Source of the DNA: Nitrospiraceae bacterium
GTDB lineage: Bacteria > Nitrospirota > Nitrospiria > Nitrospirales > Nitrospiraceae
Reading direction: 5' to 3'
Assembly (NCBI GenBank): GCA_016650275.1
Contig: JAENWB010000041.1
Span: forward strand, 6,046 to 70,045
DNA: 64,000 nt
Shown here: positions 26,682-37,364 of the stretch, in pieces
How the letters are laid out: the number at the start of each line of letters is the position of its first letter
Numbering within the stretch: position 1 is the first letter of the stretch
Notes under the pieces: model-generated
Database searches by the model: none
Seen by the model: the letters and a program-made list of their open reading frames with translations, nothing else
Told to the model about the DNA's origin: nothing
Program-made: the position numbers and the translations under genes

Positions 26682-27830
26682 ATGCGACATAACTATCTGT
26701 TTACGTCTGAGTCTGTCACGGAAGGACATCCGGATAAGATTGCCGACCAGATCTCCGACGGAATTCTCGATGCGCTCATCGCCAAAGACAAGTATTCCCG
26801 CGTAGCCTGCGAGACGATTCTGACTACTGGAATTGCCTTCGTGGCCGGTGAAATCTCCACCAAGGCCTACGTCGAGATTCCAGATATCATTCGCGAGGTC
26901 ATCAAGGATGTCGGCTACTGCGACGCCTCCTGGGGATTCGACTATCACACCTGCTCCGTCCTCACGGCCATTCACCAGCAATCGGGCGATATCTCTATGG
27001 GCGTGGATTCCGGCGGTGCCGGCGACCAGGGACTAATGTTCGGCTATGCCACCAACGAGACGACTGAACTCATGCCCATGCCGATCGTCCTCGCCCATCG
27101 GCTCACCAAGCGGCTGGCAGAAGTCCGGAAAAAGAACATCCTGCCCTGGGTCCGTCCCGATGGAAAGTCCCAAGTGACTGTGGAGTACCGGAACGGAAAA
27201 CCGGTGCGGATCGACACCATCGTCGTCTCGACGCAACACAGCCCTGACGTGACGAATAAGCAGATAGAGCGCGACATCATGGAGAAAGTCATCAAGCCCA
27301 TGATGCCGAAAGGGCTCTACGACCCGACGAGCGTGAAACACCACATCAATCCCACCGGCCGCTTCGTGGTCGGGGGTCCGATGGGCGATACCGGGCTGAC
27401 GGGCCGCAAGATCATCGTCGATACCTATGGCGGCCACGGCAGCCATGGCGGCGGCTGCTTCTCCGGCAAGGATCCAACGAAAGTGGACCGGTCGGCATCG
27501 TATATGGCCCGTTACATCGCGAAGAACCTCGTTGCCGCCGGGTTGGCCCAAAAATGCGAGGTGCAGCTCGCCTATGCGATCGGCGTGGCTGATCCTGTCT
27601 CGGTGCTGGTCGACACGAAGGACACGGAAAAGGTGGCGGTCGAGAGTCTGGATAAGCTCGTGCGGAAACACTTCCCCTTGACCCCTCGCGGCATCATCGA
27701 CTACCTCAAGCTCCGCCGACCGATCTTCAGAAAAACCGCATCGTACGGGCACTTCGGTCGGAGCGAACCGGAATTCACTTGGGAAAAGACCGACAAGGCA
27801 AGACTCTTGCGCAAAGACGCAGGGCTGTAG
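26682..27830 (+). CDS. metK: S-adenosylmethionine synthetase
   Basis: 382 aa with MetK motifs ([28 protein letters not shown]-like GGGCFSGKD). Confidence 0.95.
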   Translation: MRHNYLFTSESVTEGHPDKIADQISDGILDALIAKDKYSRVACETILTTGIAFVAGEISTKAYVEIPDIIREVIKDVGYCDASWGFDYHTCSVLTAIHQQSGDISMGVDSGGAGDQGLMFGYATNETTELMPMPIVLAHRLTKRLAEVRKKNILPWVRPDGKSQVTVEYRNGKPVRIDTIVVSTQHSPDVTNKQIERDIMEKVIKPMMPKGLYDPTSVKHHINPTGRFVVGGPMGDTGLTGRKIIVDTYGGHGSHGGGCFSGKDPTKVDRSASYMARYIAKNLVAAGLAQKCEVQLAYAIGVADPVSVLVDTKDTEKVAVESLDKLVRKHFPLTPRGIIDYLKLRRPIFRKTASYGHFGRSEPEFTWEKTDKARLLRKDAGL

Positions 27831-27839
27831 TGGAAGGCT

Positions 27840-29206
<1,367 letters not shown>

Positions 29207-29302
29207 GGAACGGAGCAGCGCGGGGTGGCCCCTGTGCTCGTCCGATGCGCGCAAGTGGACCACCCCGCACCACTCCTGCCAACTATGGAGGGGGGAGTAA
29301 TG

Positions 29303-29335
29303 AAAAGGCCACCGGAAACGGTGGCCTTTTTGTTT
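29303..29335 (+). terminator. Rho-independent terminator after ahcY
   Basis: aaaaggccaccg-gaaa-cggtggcctttt followed by tgttt: a 12-bp perfect stem plus a T-tract. Confidence 0.8.
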
Positions 29336-29869
29336 CAATTGCTTAATTCTGTCTCTCGACCTAACCCCGCTAGTGTTGGACTGTCCACTCGGCCCACGGT
29401 TTAGGAAAGCGTTTTTGCGACCCTCCTCTAGCTCACTGGAACTCAATCAGGCCTACTGGGGGAACGGAAAAGGTGTCAGACATCCAGTTTCTTCTGCACT
29501 CTGACAGGGTTTGTAGCCATGCCGTTTGGACTGGCCCACGCACGCTTGGGCCGACCCTCACATAGGATCTTGACCCGAATGAGAGGGGAAGGCCTGCCTC
29601 ACCCGCGAGAATTGATAAAAACAATTGGCGCGTCTTACACTTGCTTGGGGCAAGCGGCGATTATGGGGATGGGATGGAATGAGCGAGCTTGGGGATAAGT
29701 GCATTTCTCAGCTTTGCCAAGTGGAACTTGTCTCCGGCATGACGAACCTCATTGGCTCGGATGGACAGGGCTCTGAATCACAGGATTCCTGTCATGCATA
29801 ATAAACGGAAACATTAGGCCAATATACTGACGCGCACAGTTTCTAATACAAGGGTGGAGAATCCTTAGC

Positions 29870-30298
29870 ATGGTGACATGGGTGGAAGTAATCATCGCTG
29901 TATTTCTTGCGTACTATTGGGCCGGTTTCGATATGGTCCATTTTCATACACAGCTGGAGCCCGCGGATCAACCGGAGTATGTACGCGGCTCAACTTGGAA
30001 AATGTTTGTGTCAGGCGCGTTATGGCCAATCGTCTCTTACGCAAATCGGGAATTGGCTTGGTTCTCAATAGGCTTTTTAAGCGCGGCTATTGTTCTTGGT
30101 GCAGCATACGTCGGCTTGAACCACCTATTAGGCTCAATGTTCTATGCCGTGATGGTTTTAGGGGCGCTGCGAGTAACGCCCGTCATTTCAGCATTGATTT
30201 CCTTTCCGCTGGCCATGGTGAGCTCACTGCTCTGGATTTTTATCGCGAAACCGTTAGGGTGCGAAGATCCTACCGGTATCGAGAGAATGAAACGCTGA
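29870..30298 (+). CDS. Hypothetical small membrane protein (about 4 TM helices)
   Basis: 142-aa ORF with four hydrophobic stretches. Visibly lower GC than neighbouring genes. No family recognised. Confidence 0.5.
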   Translation: MVTWVEVIIAVFLAYYWAGFDMVHFHTQLEPADQPEYVRGSTWKMFVSGALWPIVSYANRELAWFSIGFLSAAIVLGAAYVGLNHLLGSMFYAVMVLGALRVTPVISALISFPLAMVSSLLWIFIAKPLGCEDPTGIERMKR

Positions 30299-30436
30299 CT
30301 GTCGCTTTTCGGGGATTGAAAGAGGTCGGGAGTCTTTTCTCGACGGCTCGTGGGCCATTACGACTCCCGCCCGCTTTCTCTGCCGTGCGCAGGCTACTTT
30401 TTACTTCAGGGAGGCCTTGGGCGTATCCTGCCACTC

Positions 30437-31003
30437 ATGAAACGGTGGTATCTGTATCTGATCGGTGTGCCCCTTGGGTTGGTGGGATTGGTTTACCTCG
30501 TCGGATTGAACTTTTCAATTAATTTCGCCGACATGTGGAGTAGGGACCATCAAGCAAAGAACACGCAGCAAGATGTCGGAAAGATCCCGGAGGGGAACGC
30601 AGTCCCCAAAGAGATACTGAGGCTACGGCACAAGCATCAACTGAGACCGCTAACTGAACGGGAAGAGGGAATAAAAATAGAAGAATTGCCGAATGGAATA
30701 TACGGTTTCTCAATGTGCAACGTCGTCGCATTACGCGCGACGCGTGGCAACACATTCTCGTTAGAGATTCAGAAGCATGACGGGATCGTTTTCTATGTTG
30801 GGCATGCCTCTGACGAGGAGATAGGACAATATCTGACTCGTCAAAAAAACTTTCACATCCTCACGTCCCCTCACCCAAGGAAAGGGGCGTCATCCCTGTT
30901 CGACATCCCTGTCGAGTTTGTCTCGAAATGCGAGGAGCGTCCTGTGGGAGATGGGTATCTTTTTGATCTGTTTGTTACCGCTATCCCCGAGTTGCAAATC
31001 TAA
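30437..31003 (+). CDS. Hypothetical N-terminally anchored protein
   Basis: Start set at MKRWYLYLIGVPLGLVGLVYLV (ATG 30437). About 188 aa, lower GC. No family recognised. Confidence 0.45.
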   Translation: MKRWYLYLIGVPLGLVGLVYLVGLNFSINFADMWSRDHQAKNTQQDVGKIPEGNAVPKEILRLRHKHQLRPLTEREEGIKIEELPNGIYGFSMCNVVALRATRGNTFSLEIQKHDGIVFYVGHASDEEIGQYLTRQKNFHILTSPHPRKGASSLFDIPVEFVSKCEERPVGDGYLFDLFVTAIPELQI

Positions 31004-31263
31004 TGAGGTATAGTCTATGGCGGGGAAGGAGAAGGAGGCGGGGGTAGCTCAGACCTGCCGAGGCTTGGCCACGGAAACTGACCGAGTCTGCGAGGGAATT
31101 TCAAAAGGCGTTCCACCTGGTCGAACCCGTGAGGGTCGCGCCGGAAAGTGCGTGAGCGACCGGACTGCCCCACCACGAGCGAGAAATCATCTCACGATTA
31201 TGATCTCAAGTAGGTGTGATAGAGTGAAGCCGGGCGGCAAGGTGTTCAGTACCGGAGGCTCCT

Positions 31264-32466
31264 ATGGGACCAACGAACTTCGCTCCTCTCAGCCTGTCCG
31301 ATTACGAGATCTCGCCTGAGCAGGGTTTTCTTCCACCAGACCCCCTTGGCCCTCTGCCCGACTCCCCCACGCTCAACGATCTTGGGCACGAGCTGCCGAA
31401 ATTTCTGAGCGCTCGGATGGTTCGGAGGTTCATCGACGAACAACGCCAACTGCTTCCTTCCATCCCTCTAACATGGCGCACGGAAGACTATCGGGCTGCG
31501 ATGCGGATCCTTTCATTCTGCGGACATGCCTACGTGTGGGAAGTGCCGGACCAACCGGTTGTGACCTTACCACCACAGTTGGCGAAACCCTGGCACGAAG
31601 TTGCGCAGCGGCTTGGCCGACCGCCAGTACTCTCTTATGCCTCCTATGCGCTCGACAACTGGAGAAGGCTCGATCTTGCCAAGCCGATTCAGCTCGGCAA
31701 CATTGTGCTGCTCCAAAATTTTCTCGGTGGTTTGGATGAAGAATGGTTTGTCGTAGTCCACATCCAGATCGAGCGGGAGGCAGGACCAGGGCTGGCAGGA
31801 CTCCTGCGAGCGATAAATGGTGCGGCTCTGGACAAGGAAGACGAGGTCTTGCTTGGGCTCAAATCCTTGGCGTTGGCCCAGACGGTAATGCGCGACACAT
31901 TGCTCAGGATGAAAGAGCGCTGCGACCCCTATGTGTACTACAACCGCGTGCGGCCCTACATCCACGGGTGGAAGAACAGCCCTACCTTACCGAACGGACT
32001 CGCCTACGGGGGCGTGAAGTCATATGCCGGGCTGCCGCAACAGTTTCGAGGCGAGACCGGCGCGCAAAGCTCTATTGTGCCCTGTCTCGACGCCGGACTA
32101 GGCATCGCCCATGCCCCTGATCCCTTGACTCTGTATTTACAGGAGATGCGCGATTACATGCCGCCGCGCCACCGTACATTCCTACAGGCCCTAGAGAAGG
32201 CCACCGATGACCTTGGCCGTCCGTTGCTCGCCGGCTATGTTCGCGATCGCAAACTCCGCGCCCCCGATCTCTGGACTGCCTATTGTGCCTGCGTCAATCT
32301 CCTCGCAAAATTTCGTGAGATTCACATCGGTTACGCCGACAGCTACATTTACCGCCAGCATCAAGCCCACGCCAGCAACCCTACGGCTGTGGGAACAGGC
32401 GGCACACCCTTCATGCAGTACCTCCAAAAGCACCTGGATGAAACGAAACAGACGATCGTTCAGTAG
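31264..32466 (+). CDS. Indoleamine 2,3-dioxygenase (IDO) family haem dioxygenase
   Basis: 400 aa with GGAGG 6 nt upstream. Motif-by-motif match to IDO: GETGAQSSIVPCLDAGLGI vs GGSAGQSSVFQCFDVLLGI; YLQEMRDYMPPRHRTFL vs FLQDMRRYMPPAHRNFL; REIHIGYADSYI at the proximal-His region; GTGGTPFMQYLQ vs GTGGTDLMNFLK. Confidence 0.9.
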   Translation: MGPTNFAPLSLSDYEISPEQGFLPPDPLGPLPDSPTLNDLGHELPKFLSARMVRRFIDEQRQLLPSIPLTWRTEDYRAAMRILSFCGHAYVWEVPDQPVVTLPPQLAKPWHEVAQRLGRPPVLSYASYALDNWRRLDLAKPIQLGNIVLLQNFLGGLDEEWFVVVHIQIEREAGPGLAGLLRAINGAALDKEDEVLLGLKSLALAQTVMRDTLLRMKERCDPYVYYNRVRPYIHGWKNSPTLPNGLAYGGVKSYAGLPQQFRGETGAQSSIVPCLDAGLGIAHAPDPLTLYLQEMRDYMPPRHRTFLQALEKATDDLGRPLLAGYVRDRKLRAPDLWTAYCACVNLLAKFREIHIGYADSYIYRQHQAHASNPTAVGTGGTPFMQYLQKHLDETKQTIVQ

Positions 32467-32627
32467 GCCCTTCTTGACCCACTCACCTCGCGCACGACTA
32501 CTGGATTGTGGCTACAAGATCGTCGTTGACTAAGCCTGGTGAGCAGCGTATCGTTTTTCCAGCGGGATGGCAATAACCGCCGTAACTCGTGAATGATGGG
32601 TCGTATTTCGCACCATGTAATCCCTAG

Positions 32628-32834
32628 TAGGCTGCGAAAAACCTATTGTGGCACGGTGAAAATTCAGTGGTCCACACATCTAGGGCAACAGGAGAACACT
32701 CCCGCAGGATGCTCAAAATGGCCGTCCAGCAAGGCCGCAGAGAGCTTGGCGACCGAAGCGTATCCTTGGGGTACGTTGCAGGGAGACGGGCGACTGAGAA
32801 CAACGCTGGCGGACTTTTTCAGCATCCTGCTTGG
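32628..32834 (-). repeat. Composite repeat, variant 2 (reverse orientation): tail (32628-32685), linker, and a ~150-bp palindromic MITE-like core with terminal inverted repeats (32686-32834)
   Basis: Reverse complement begins GCAGGATGCTGAAAAAGTCCGCCAGC, continues to ...GGCCATTTTGAGCATCCTGCGGG, then AGTGTTCTCCTGTTGCC, then a tail aligning to 16542-16607. Confidence 0.8.
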
Positions 32835-32865
32835 TTTATCACAATCTGCACCATAGGAGGCAACC

Positions 32866-32991
32866 ATGGCGATCATGTGCTCCCTGGCAGTCTGCAAGGC
32901 ACAGGCGGGGCTGTGTGGGCACGAAAAGGCGATGCTGAGCGTCGCCATGCTCGCGGCTATCGGCCTTGGGGCCTACTTCCTGATCGGCTGA
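32866..32991 (+). CDS. Candidate 41-aa Cys-rich small membrane protein
   Basis: AGGAGG 6 nt before the ATG. Product MAIMCSLAVCKAQAGLCGHEKAMLSVAMLAAIGLGAYFLIG ends in a C-terminal hydrophobic helix. Too short for the ORF track. Lies between two inverted repeat copies. Confidence 0.35.
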   Translation: MAIMCSLAVCKAQAGLCGHEKAMLSVAMLAAIGLGAYFLIG

Positions 32992-33062
32992 CCGAAGGTA
33001 TAAAACGAGTCCGTTCACCAGGCCCACCCTGGGTTAAGGTGATGGTGTGTGCCGACACTCCT

Positions 33063-33344
33063 AACAGGATGCTGAAAGATCCCCCAGCGGTGTTCTCGCT
33101 TCGCTCAGAAGAGCCGTGAAACGTGAAACAAGGGTCAGCCTCGGAGCTGTGGCCTTGCTGGGGACAAGCCGCGTCACAGGGCGAAGAGGCTGTCTTGGCA
33201 GACTCAGGGCGGGCGGGTGAAGTAGCCGCCAGGGTTGGGCGGGTGAGAAGTCTGGCCTTTTGAGCATCCTGCTCGGTGTTCTCCTGTTGTGCCATACGTG
33301 CGGCCCCTTGAAGTTCTCGCGTGCCAACATACTTTTTCCGCTCC
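33063..33344 (+). repeat. Composite repeat, variant 2 (forward) with an enlarged core, right inverted repeat, linker and tail (33276-33344)
   Basis: AACAGGATGCTGAAAGATCCCCCAGCGG ... GGCCTTTTGAGCATCCTGCTCGG, then TGTTCTCCTGTTGTGCC, then the tail. The core contains an internal CGTGAAACGTGAAAC word. Confidence 0.8.
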
Positions 33345-33359
33345 TTGCTAGTCTTCAAC

Positions 33360-34325
33360 ATGGTCTCAACTTCCACCACCCATGACCCGAGGCTCGCACG
33401 ACAGCTGGTGCTCGACGAGCTGTTCGATTTGTTGCTCTACAAGGAGCTCCGCGCGGTAACGCAGCCGGATGTGCATGAGACATTGGACGAACTGATCAAG
33501 GTGGAAACACGGCATCTGGCCTTCTGGCAGAAATTCTTCAATCTCAAGCTCAACGAGTTGAACCTCGGCCGGCGGATCAAACTCTCCTTCATGATGCTGG
33601 TCTGCAGGATCTTCGGCTCGACCGCCGTCCATCTGGTGCTCGAAGCCATCGAGGTCCATGGCGTGCGGAAGTATCTGGCGCTGTGGCGCGAATATCAAGG
33701 CAAGCCCCTCAGCGAAGCATTACGCGGTATCTTGATGGACGAGTTCAAGCACGAGGATGTGCTCGTCACGGAACTGACGAAGCGGAAGATCAACCCGGAA
33801 AGGATCCGGAACATTTTCCTGGGACTCAACGACGGTTTAGTAGAAATCCTCGGTGCGGTGAGCGGATTCTTCGGCGCCTTCGGCAGCGCCACGACGGTCT
33901 TGATTGCCGCATCGACCACAGCCGTGGCCGGTGCCCTCTCGATGTCCGCCGGTTCGTTCTTGGCGCTGAACAGCGAGAAAGAAGTGAAGACGACGGAACT
34001 GGCCAAGAAATTGTTCTTAGGCGAGGAATCCGAGATGAGCCCGATGGAGGAATCGCCCATGGGTTCGGCCCTCGTGGTGGGGACCGCCTACATTATCGGC
34101 GCATTGGTACCGGTGATGCCGGTCTTAGTCGGCGCACAAGATGCGCTGTTCTCGATCTTGACCGCCGGGCTCATGGTGATTCTGGTTTCGACGGTCTTGT
34201 CGTTTCTATCCGGCATGGACGTGAAACGCCGCATCCTACTGAATCTCGCGATCCTCACCGTGGCGGTGAGCGTGAGCTATGCGATTGGGCTAGCGGCCAA
34301 GCAGTTTTGGGGGATTGCGGTTTAG
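33360..34325 (+). CDS. VIT1/CCC1-family iron/manganese transporter with an N-terminal ferritin-like domain
   Basis: Start set at ATG 33360 because the upstream extension lies in the repeat tail. Ferritin-like helices (ELFDLLLYKEL, ETRHLAFW, EFKHEDVL) followed by VIT1 TM helices (GLNDGLVEILG). Confidence 0.8.
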   Translation: MVSTSTTHDPRLARQLVLDELFDLLLYKELRAVTQPDVHETLDELIKVETRHLAFWQKFFNLKLNELNLGRRIKLSFMMLVCRIFGSTAVHLVLEAIEVHGVRKYLALWREYQGKPLSEALRGILMDEFKHEDVLVTELTKRKINPERIRNIFLGLNDGLVEILGAVSGFFGAFGSATTVLIAASTTAVAGALSMSAGSFLALNSEKEVKTTELAKKLFLGEESEMSPMEESPMGSALVVGTAYIIGALVPVMPVLVGAQDALFSILTAGLMVILVSTVLSFLSGMDVKRRILLNLAILTVAVSVSYAIGLAAKQFWGIAV

Positions 34326-34452
34326 CAGGCTGCTGAAAAAAGTCCGCCAGCGGCGTTCTCGCATCGTTCAGATCCTCAACGTACCCCTGAGGGTACGCCT
34401 CGGCCCTTCACTCGCTGCGGCCTTGCTGGACGGTCTTTTTGAGCAGCCTGCC
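34325..34452 (+). repeat. MITE-like palindromic element (core only) between convergent genes
   Basis: GCAGGCTGCTGAAAAAAGTCCGCCAGCGGCGTTCTCGC ... CTGCGGCCTTGCTGGACGGTCTTTTTGAGCAGCCTGCC. Termini are inverted repeats. No tail. Confidence 0.8.
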
Positions 34453-34463
34453 AAGAACCTTCG

Positions 34464-36098
34464 CTAGCGGCTGTGGACCATCGGCAACTCGCGCGAACCT
34501 TCTGCTTCCTGTTGAATGCGTAACCGTTCCAGCCGCGACTCTTCCATCACGTTGTGAAGCATTTCATCAGTCATCTGGGTCAACTGTGCGGCGGCATCTT
34601 TCATCTGGCCATGTTCGACCGCCCGCGAGAGCACCTCTGCCTTCGTGGCGCCTTTATTTTTGCCCAGGAACGGCTTGATGATGAGATACGCCACATCCCG
34701 AGCCGGCATGAACCGGAGAAATCGTCGCAGCAACCGGTACGTCTGGAGGGGATAGTGTAGGAGCTTATAGACGAATAGCCGCTTGAGCCCCTGACGGCGG
34801 ACCTCATTAATCACTTCACCCGGCAAGCAGGTCGGATCGATCTCCGAACACTTGAAATACTTGTACCAATCGGTGGTTTCGCTGACCAACCCGCGCTTCA
34901 CATATTCTTGCCAGAGTGGCGTCCCTCTATACACACAGAGTCGATTGAAGCCGAACGTGTCGAGCGGCAGCTTGGAGGCCAGGTCGAACGTGGCGTTCAT
35001 GTCTTCGACCGTTTCATCGGGGTTGCCCACGGTGAAGAAGCCATGCACGATCTCAATGCCGGCCCGCTTGGCGTTCTTAACGGCGGTGGCGACTTCCTCC
35101 AACGTCTGTTCTTTCTTGAGGCGATCGAGAATCTTCTGACTCCCGCTTTCAATCCCGAACATGACCGTCCGGCAATGGGCCTTGGCCATGGCAGGAAACA
35201 GGTGCTGCGCGACCGAGTCCACACGCCCTTCAATGCCCCATTGGATCGTAAGATTCGCGTCCATCACGCCTTGGCAGATCGCCTCGATCCGCTTGGGTTG
35301 CAGCAGGAAATGGTCATCGACAAAATAGACGGACCCGTAGCCACAATCTTCGAGATACTTGAGTTCGCTCACCACGTGTTGAGCACTCCGCGCGCGCCAC
35401 TTACCTTCGTTGAAGATCGGAATGTCGCAGAACACACAGGGCCACGGGCAGCCGCGGGAGGTTTGCATCGTCGTGAACCGCTCCATCGAGAGCACCGCCG
35501 GCACGTCGAGCGGCATCGACTCTATAAAGTCGAGCGGAAGGCCTTCGCGATCTGGGAAAGGCCACTGATCAAGATGGCGTTCCATCGGCCGGCCGGAGTT
35601 CTGCACGACCTGGCCATCCTTGGCCCAGGTCAGCCCGGCCACACCGGACGGATCGTCGAACCGTTCAAGTAGATCGAGAAGCAACTGCTCGCCGTCTCCC
35701 TTGCAGATGAAATCCACTTCAGGGCACTGCAGTTTAACCAATGCGGCGTTCAAACTCGCAAAAACGCCTCCAAAGGCCAGTTTGACCTTCGAGTTGGCGG
35801 CGCGAATCTGACGGGCCAAGATCTTCGCGTAGGGATAGCTGGTGGTACTGAGGAAACTGAGGCCGATCAAGACTGGCTGTTGCCGATTGATTTCCTCGAG
35901 GATCACCTCGTTCGGCGTGTCAGGATTCGCCTGATCGAACATCACACACTCATGGCCAGCCTGCTTGAGCACCGCCGAGAGGGACATGATGCCGATGGGA
36001 GGAAAGCCCATGACCCTGATACGGCCGTTTTTTGCGCGTGTTTTAGCTGGGAGCGCGTAGAACTGAGGGTCGCGAACGTGGATGAGAAATACCCGCAT
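34464..36098 (-). CDS. Cobalamin-binding (class B) radical SAM enzyme, substrate unknown
   Basis: 544 aa with an N-terminal B12-binding-like Rossmann region and the radical SAM motif SRGCPWPCVFCD (CxxxCxxC). Confidence 0.8.
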   Translation of the reverse strand: MRVFLIHVRDPQFYALPAKTRAKNGRIRVMGFPPIGIMSLSAVLKQAGHECVMFDQANPDTPNEVILEEINRQQPVLIGLSFLSTTSYPYAKILARQIRAANSKVKLAFGGVFASLNAALVKLQCPEVDFICKGDGEQLLLDLLERFDDPSGVAGLTWAKDGQVVQNSGRPMERHLDQWPFPDREGLPLDFIESMPLDVPAVLSMERFTTMQTSRGCPWPCVFCDIPIFNEGKWRARSAQHVVSELKYLEDCGYGSVYFVDDHFLLQPKRIEAICQGVMDANLTIQWGIEGRVDSVAQHLFPAMAKAHCRTVMFGIESGSQKILDRLKKEQTLEEVATAVKNAKRAGIEIVHGFFTVGNPDETVEDMNATFDLASKLPLDTFGFNRLCVYRGTPLWQEYVKRGLVSETTDWYKYFKCSEIDPTCLPGEVINEVRRQGLKRLFVYKLLHYPLQTYRLLRRFLRFMPARDVAYLIIKPFLGKNKGATKAEVLSRAVEHGQMKDAAAQLTQMTDEMLHNVMEESRLERLRIQQEAEGSRELPMVHSR

Positions 36099-36170
36099 AG
36101 AATTAACCTAACATGAATGACATGGCAAAAGTAGCGATATTACTTAGCTCACCGGGAGAGCGGAGCGAGC

Positions 36171-36331
36171 GCGTATGGCGTATAGCTGATGGCGGGAAAC
36201 AGAATCTGACAGCAAATGGCGTATAGCACGAACAAAGAAAATCCTGTATTCCCCGCGCATACTATCGACCATAAGCCATATGCTCTTTTCTTCGGACGAG
36301 AGACGAACGACGCTTCACGAACGACGTGAGG
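36171..36331. repeat. Cluster of degenerate heptamer arrays (GCGTATG-type 36171-36194; complementary type 36255-36283; GACGAGA/GACGAAC/GACGTGA-type 36295-36331)
   Basis: Read directly in the 240-bp spacer between the sucD stop and the radical SAM gene start. Confidence 0.55.
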
Positions 36332-36338
36332 TTCTTAC

Positions 36339-37211
36339 TTACCGCCCGAGCGCAACCTTGACCGCATTGCCAATCTCGGCCGGGTTCTTCACCACTCGAA
36401 CACCTGCTGCCTCCAAGCTCTTCATCTTCTCAGCTGCCGTGCCCCTGCCGCCAGAAATAATGGCACCGGCATGGCCCATACGCCGCCCTGGCGGCGCCGT
36501 AATCCCAGCAATAAAACTGACGACCGGTTTCTTTACGTGCTTTTTGATGAACTCAGCGGCTTTCTCTTCCGCATCGCCACCGATTTCGCCGATCATCACG
36601 ATCGCCTGGGTCTCGGAATCTTTCTCGAACAACGCCAACACATCGACGAAGCCTGTGCCGTTGACCGGATCGCCGCCGATGCCGACGCACGTCGTTTCAC
36701 CTAACCCAAGCGTCGAGAGCTGATGCACTGCTTCGTATGTGAGGGTCCCGCTGCGTGACACGACGCCCACCACACCCTTCTTATGAATGAAGCCCGGCAT
36801 AATGCCGATCTTCGCTTCATCAACCGTGATGACGCCAGGGCAATTGGGTCCGACCAGGCGGACGTCGCGGCCATAGAGGGCACGCTTGACCTTGACCATG
36901 TCATTGACCGGGATACCCTCGGTAATACAGATCACGAGCTTGATGCCGGCATCGGCGGCTTCCAGGATCGCATCGGCGCAAAACGGCGGAGGCACAAAGA
37001 TCAGCGAGGTGTCGCACTGGGCTTTCTTCACAGCATCGCGCACCGTATTGAAAACCGGAATGCCCTCGACCTCTTGCCCGGCCTTGCCCGGCGTCACACC
37101 TGCGACGATCTGCGTCCCGTAGGCCTTGCATTGCGTCGCATGGAACGAGCCTTCCTTGCCCGTAATCCCCTGCACCACCACCCGCGTATTCTTATTCACG
37201 AGAATGCTCAC
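36339..37211 (-). CDS. sucD: Succinyl-CoA synthetase alpha subunit
   Basis: 290 aa with SucD motifs ([19 protein letters not shown], phosphohistidine context MGHAGAI). Confidence 0.95.
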   Translation of the reverse strand: MSILVNKNTRVVVQGITGKEGSFHATQCKAYGTQIVAGVTPGKAGQEVEGIPVFNTVRDAVKKAQCDTSLIFVPPPFCADAILEAADAGIKLVICITEGIPVNDMVKVKRALYGRDVRLVGPNCPGVITVDEAKIGIMPGFIHKKGVVGVVSRSGTLTYEAVHQLSTLGLGETTCVGIGGDPVNGTGFVDVLALFEKDSETQAIVMIGEIGGDAEEKAAEFIKKHVKKPVVSFIAGITAPPGRRMGHAGAIISGGRGTAAEKMKSLEAAGVRVVKNPAEIGNAVKVALGR

Positions 37212-37264
37212 AATTCCCTCTTCTTTCTTCCTCTTACTCCCTCATGGCTGGAAAACTTTTCCCA

Positions 37265-37364
37265 GGGGAGTGACAGGGTTGAGGCCCTGACTGCGGCCGT
37301 CGAGCGAGCACTGCTTCACCGTGCGCGCTCCGGGAGCAAAAGGGACTTAACCCTGTCGCTCCCC
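37265..37364. repeat. 16-bp inverted repeat (15 of 16 positions) enclosing 68 nt inside the sucC-sucD spacer
   Basis: ggggagtgacagggtt (37265-37280) pairs with aaccctgtcgctcccc (37349-37364). Confidence 0.7.

Noticed and set aside
31038-31052. tRNA-like 5' end GCGGGGGTAGCTCAG upstream of the IDO-like gene, a possible integration-site remnant
   Set aside because: No D-loop continuation, no anticodon arm, no GTTCGAATC-type T-arm and no complementary acceptor 3' strand could be found downstream. A 15-nt match can arise by chance in GC-rich DNA.
31017-31319. 100-aa plus-strand ORF overlapping the IDO-like gene start
   Set aside because: It is Arg/Gly-rich with no RBS. It overlaps a start that has a good GGAGG, and no family was recognised.
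32593-33379. ORFs 32593-32856, 32646-33119, 32664-32948 and 32957-33379; also 49785-49982 (MLKKSASGVLASLRSSTY…)
   Set aside because: They read through MITE-like repeat copies, and the same peptide-like strings recur wherever the repeat occurs, on either strand. They are repeat-derived rather than genes.
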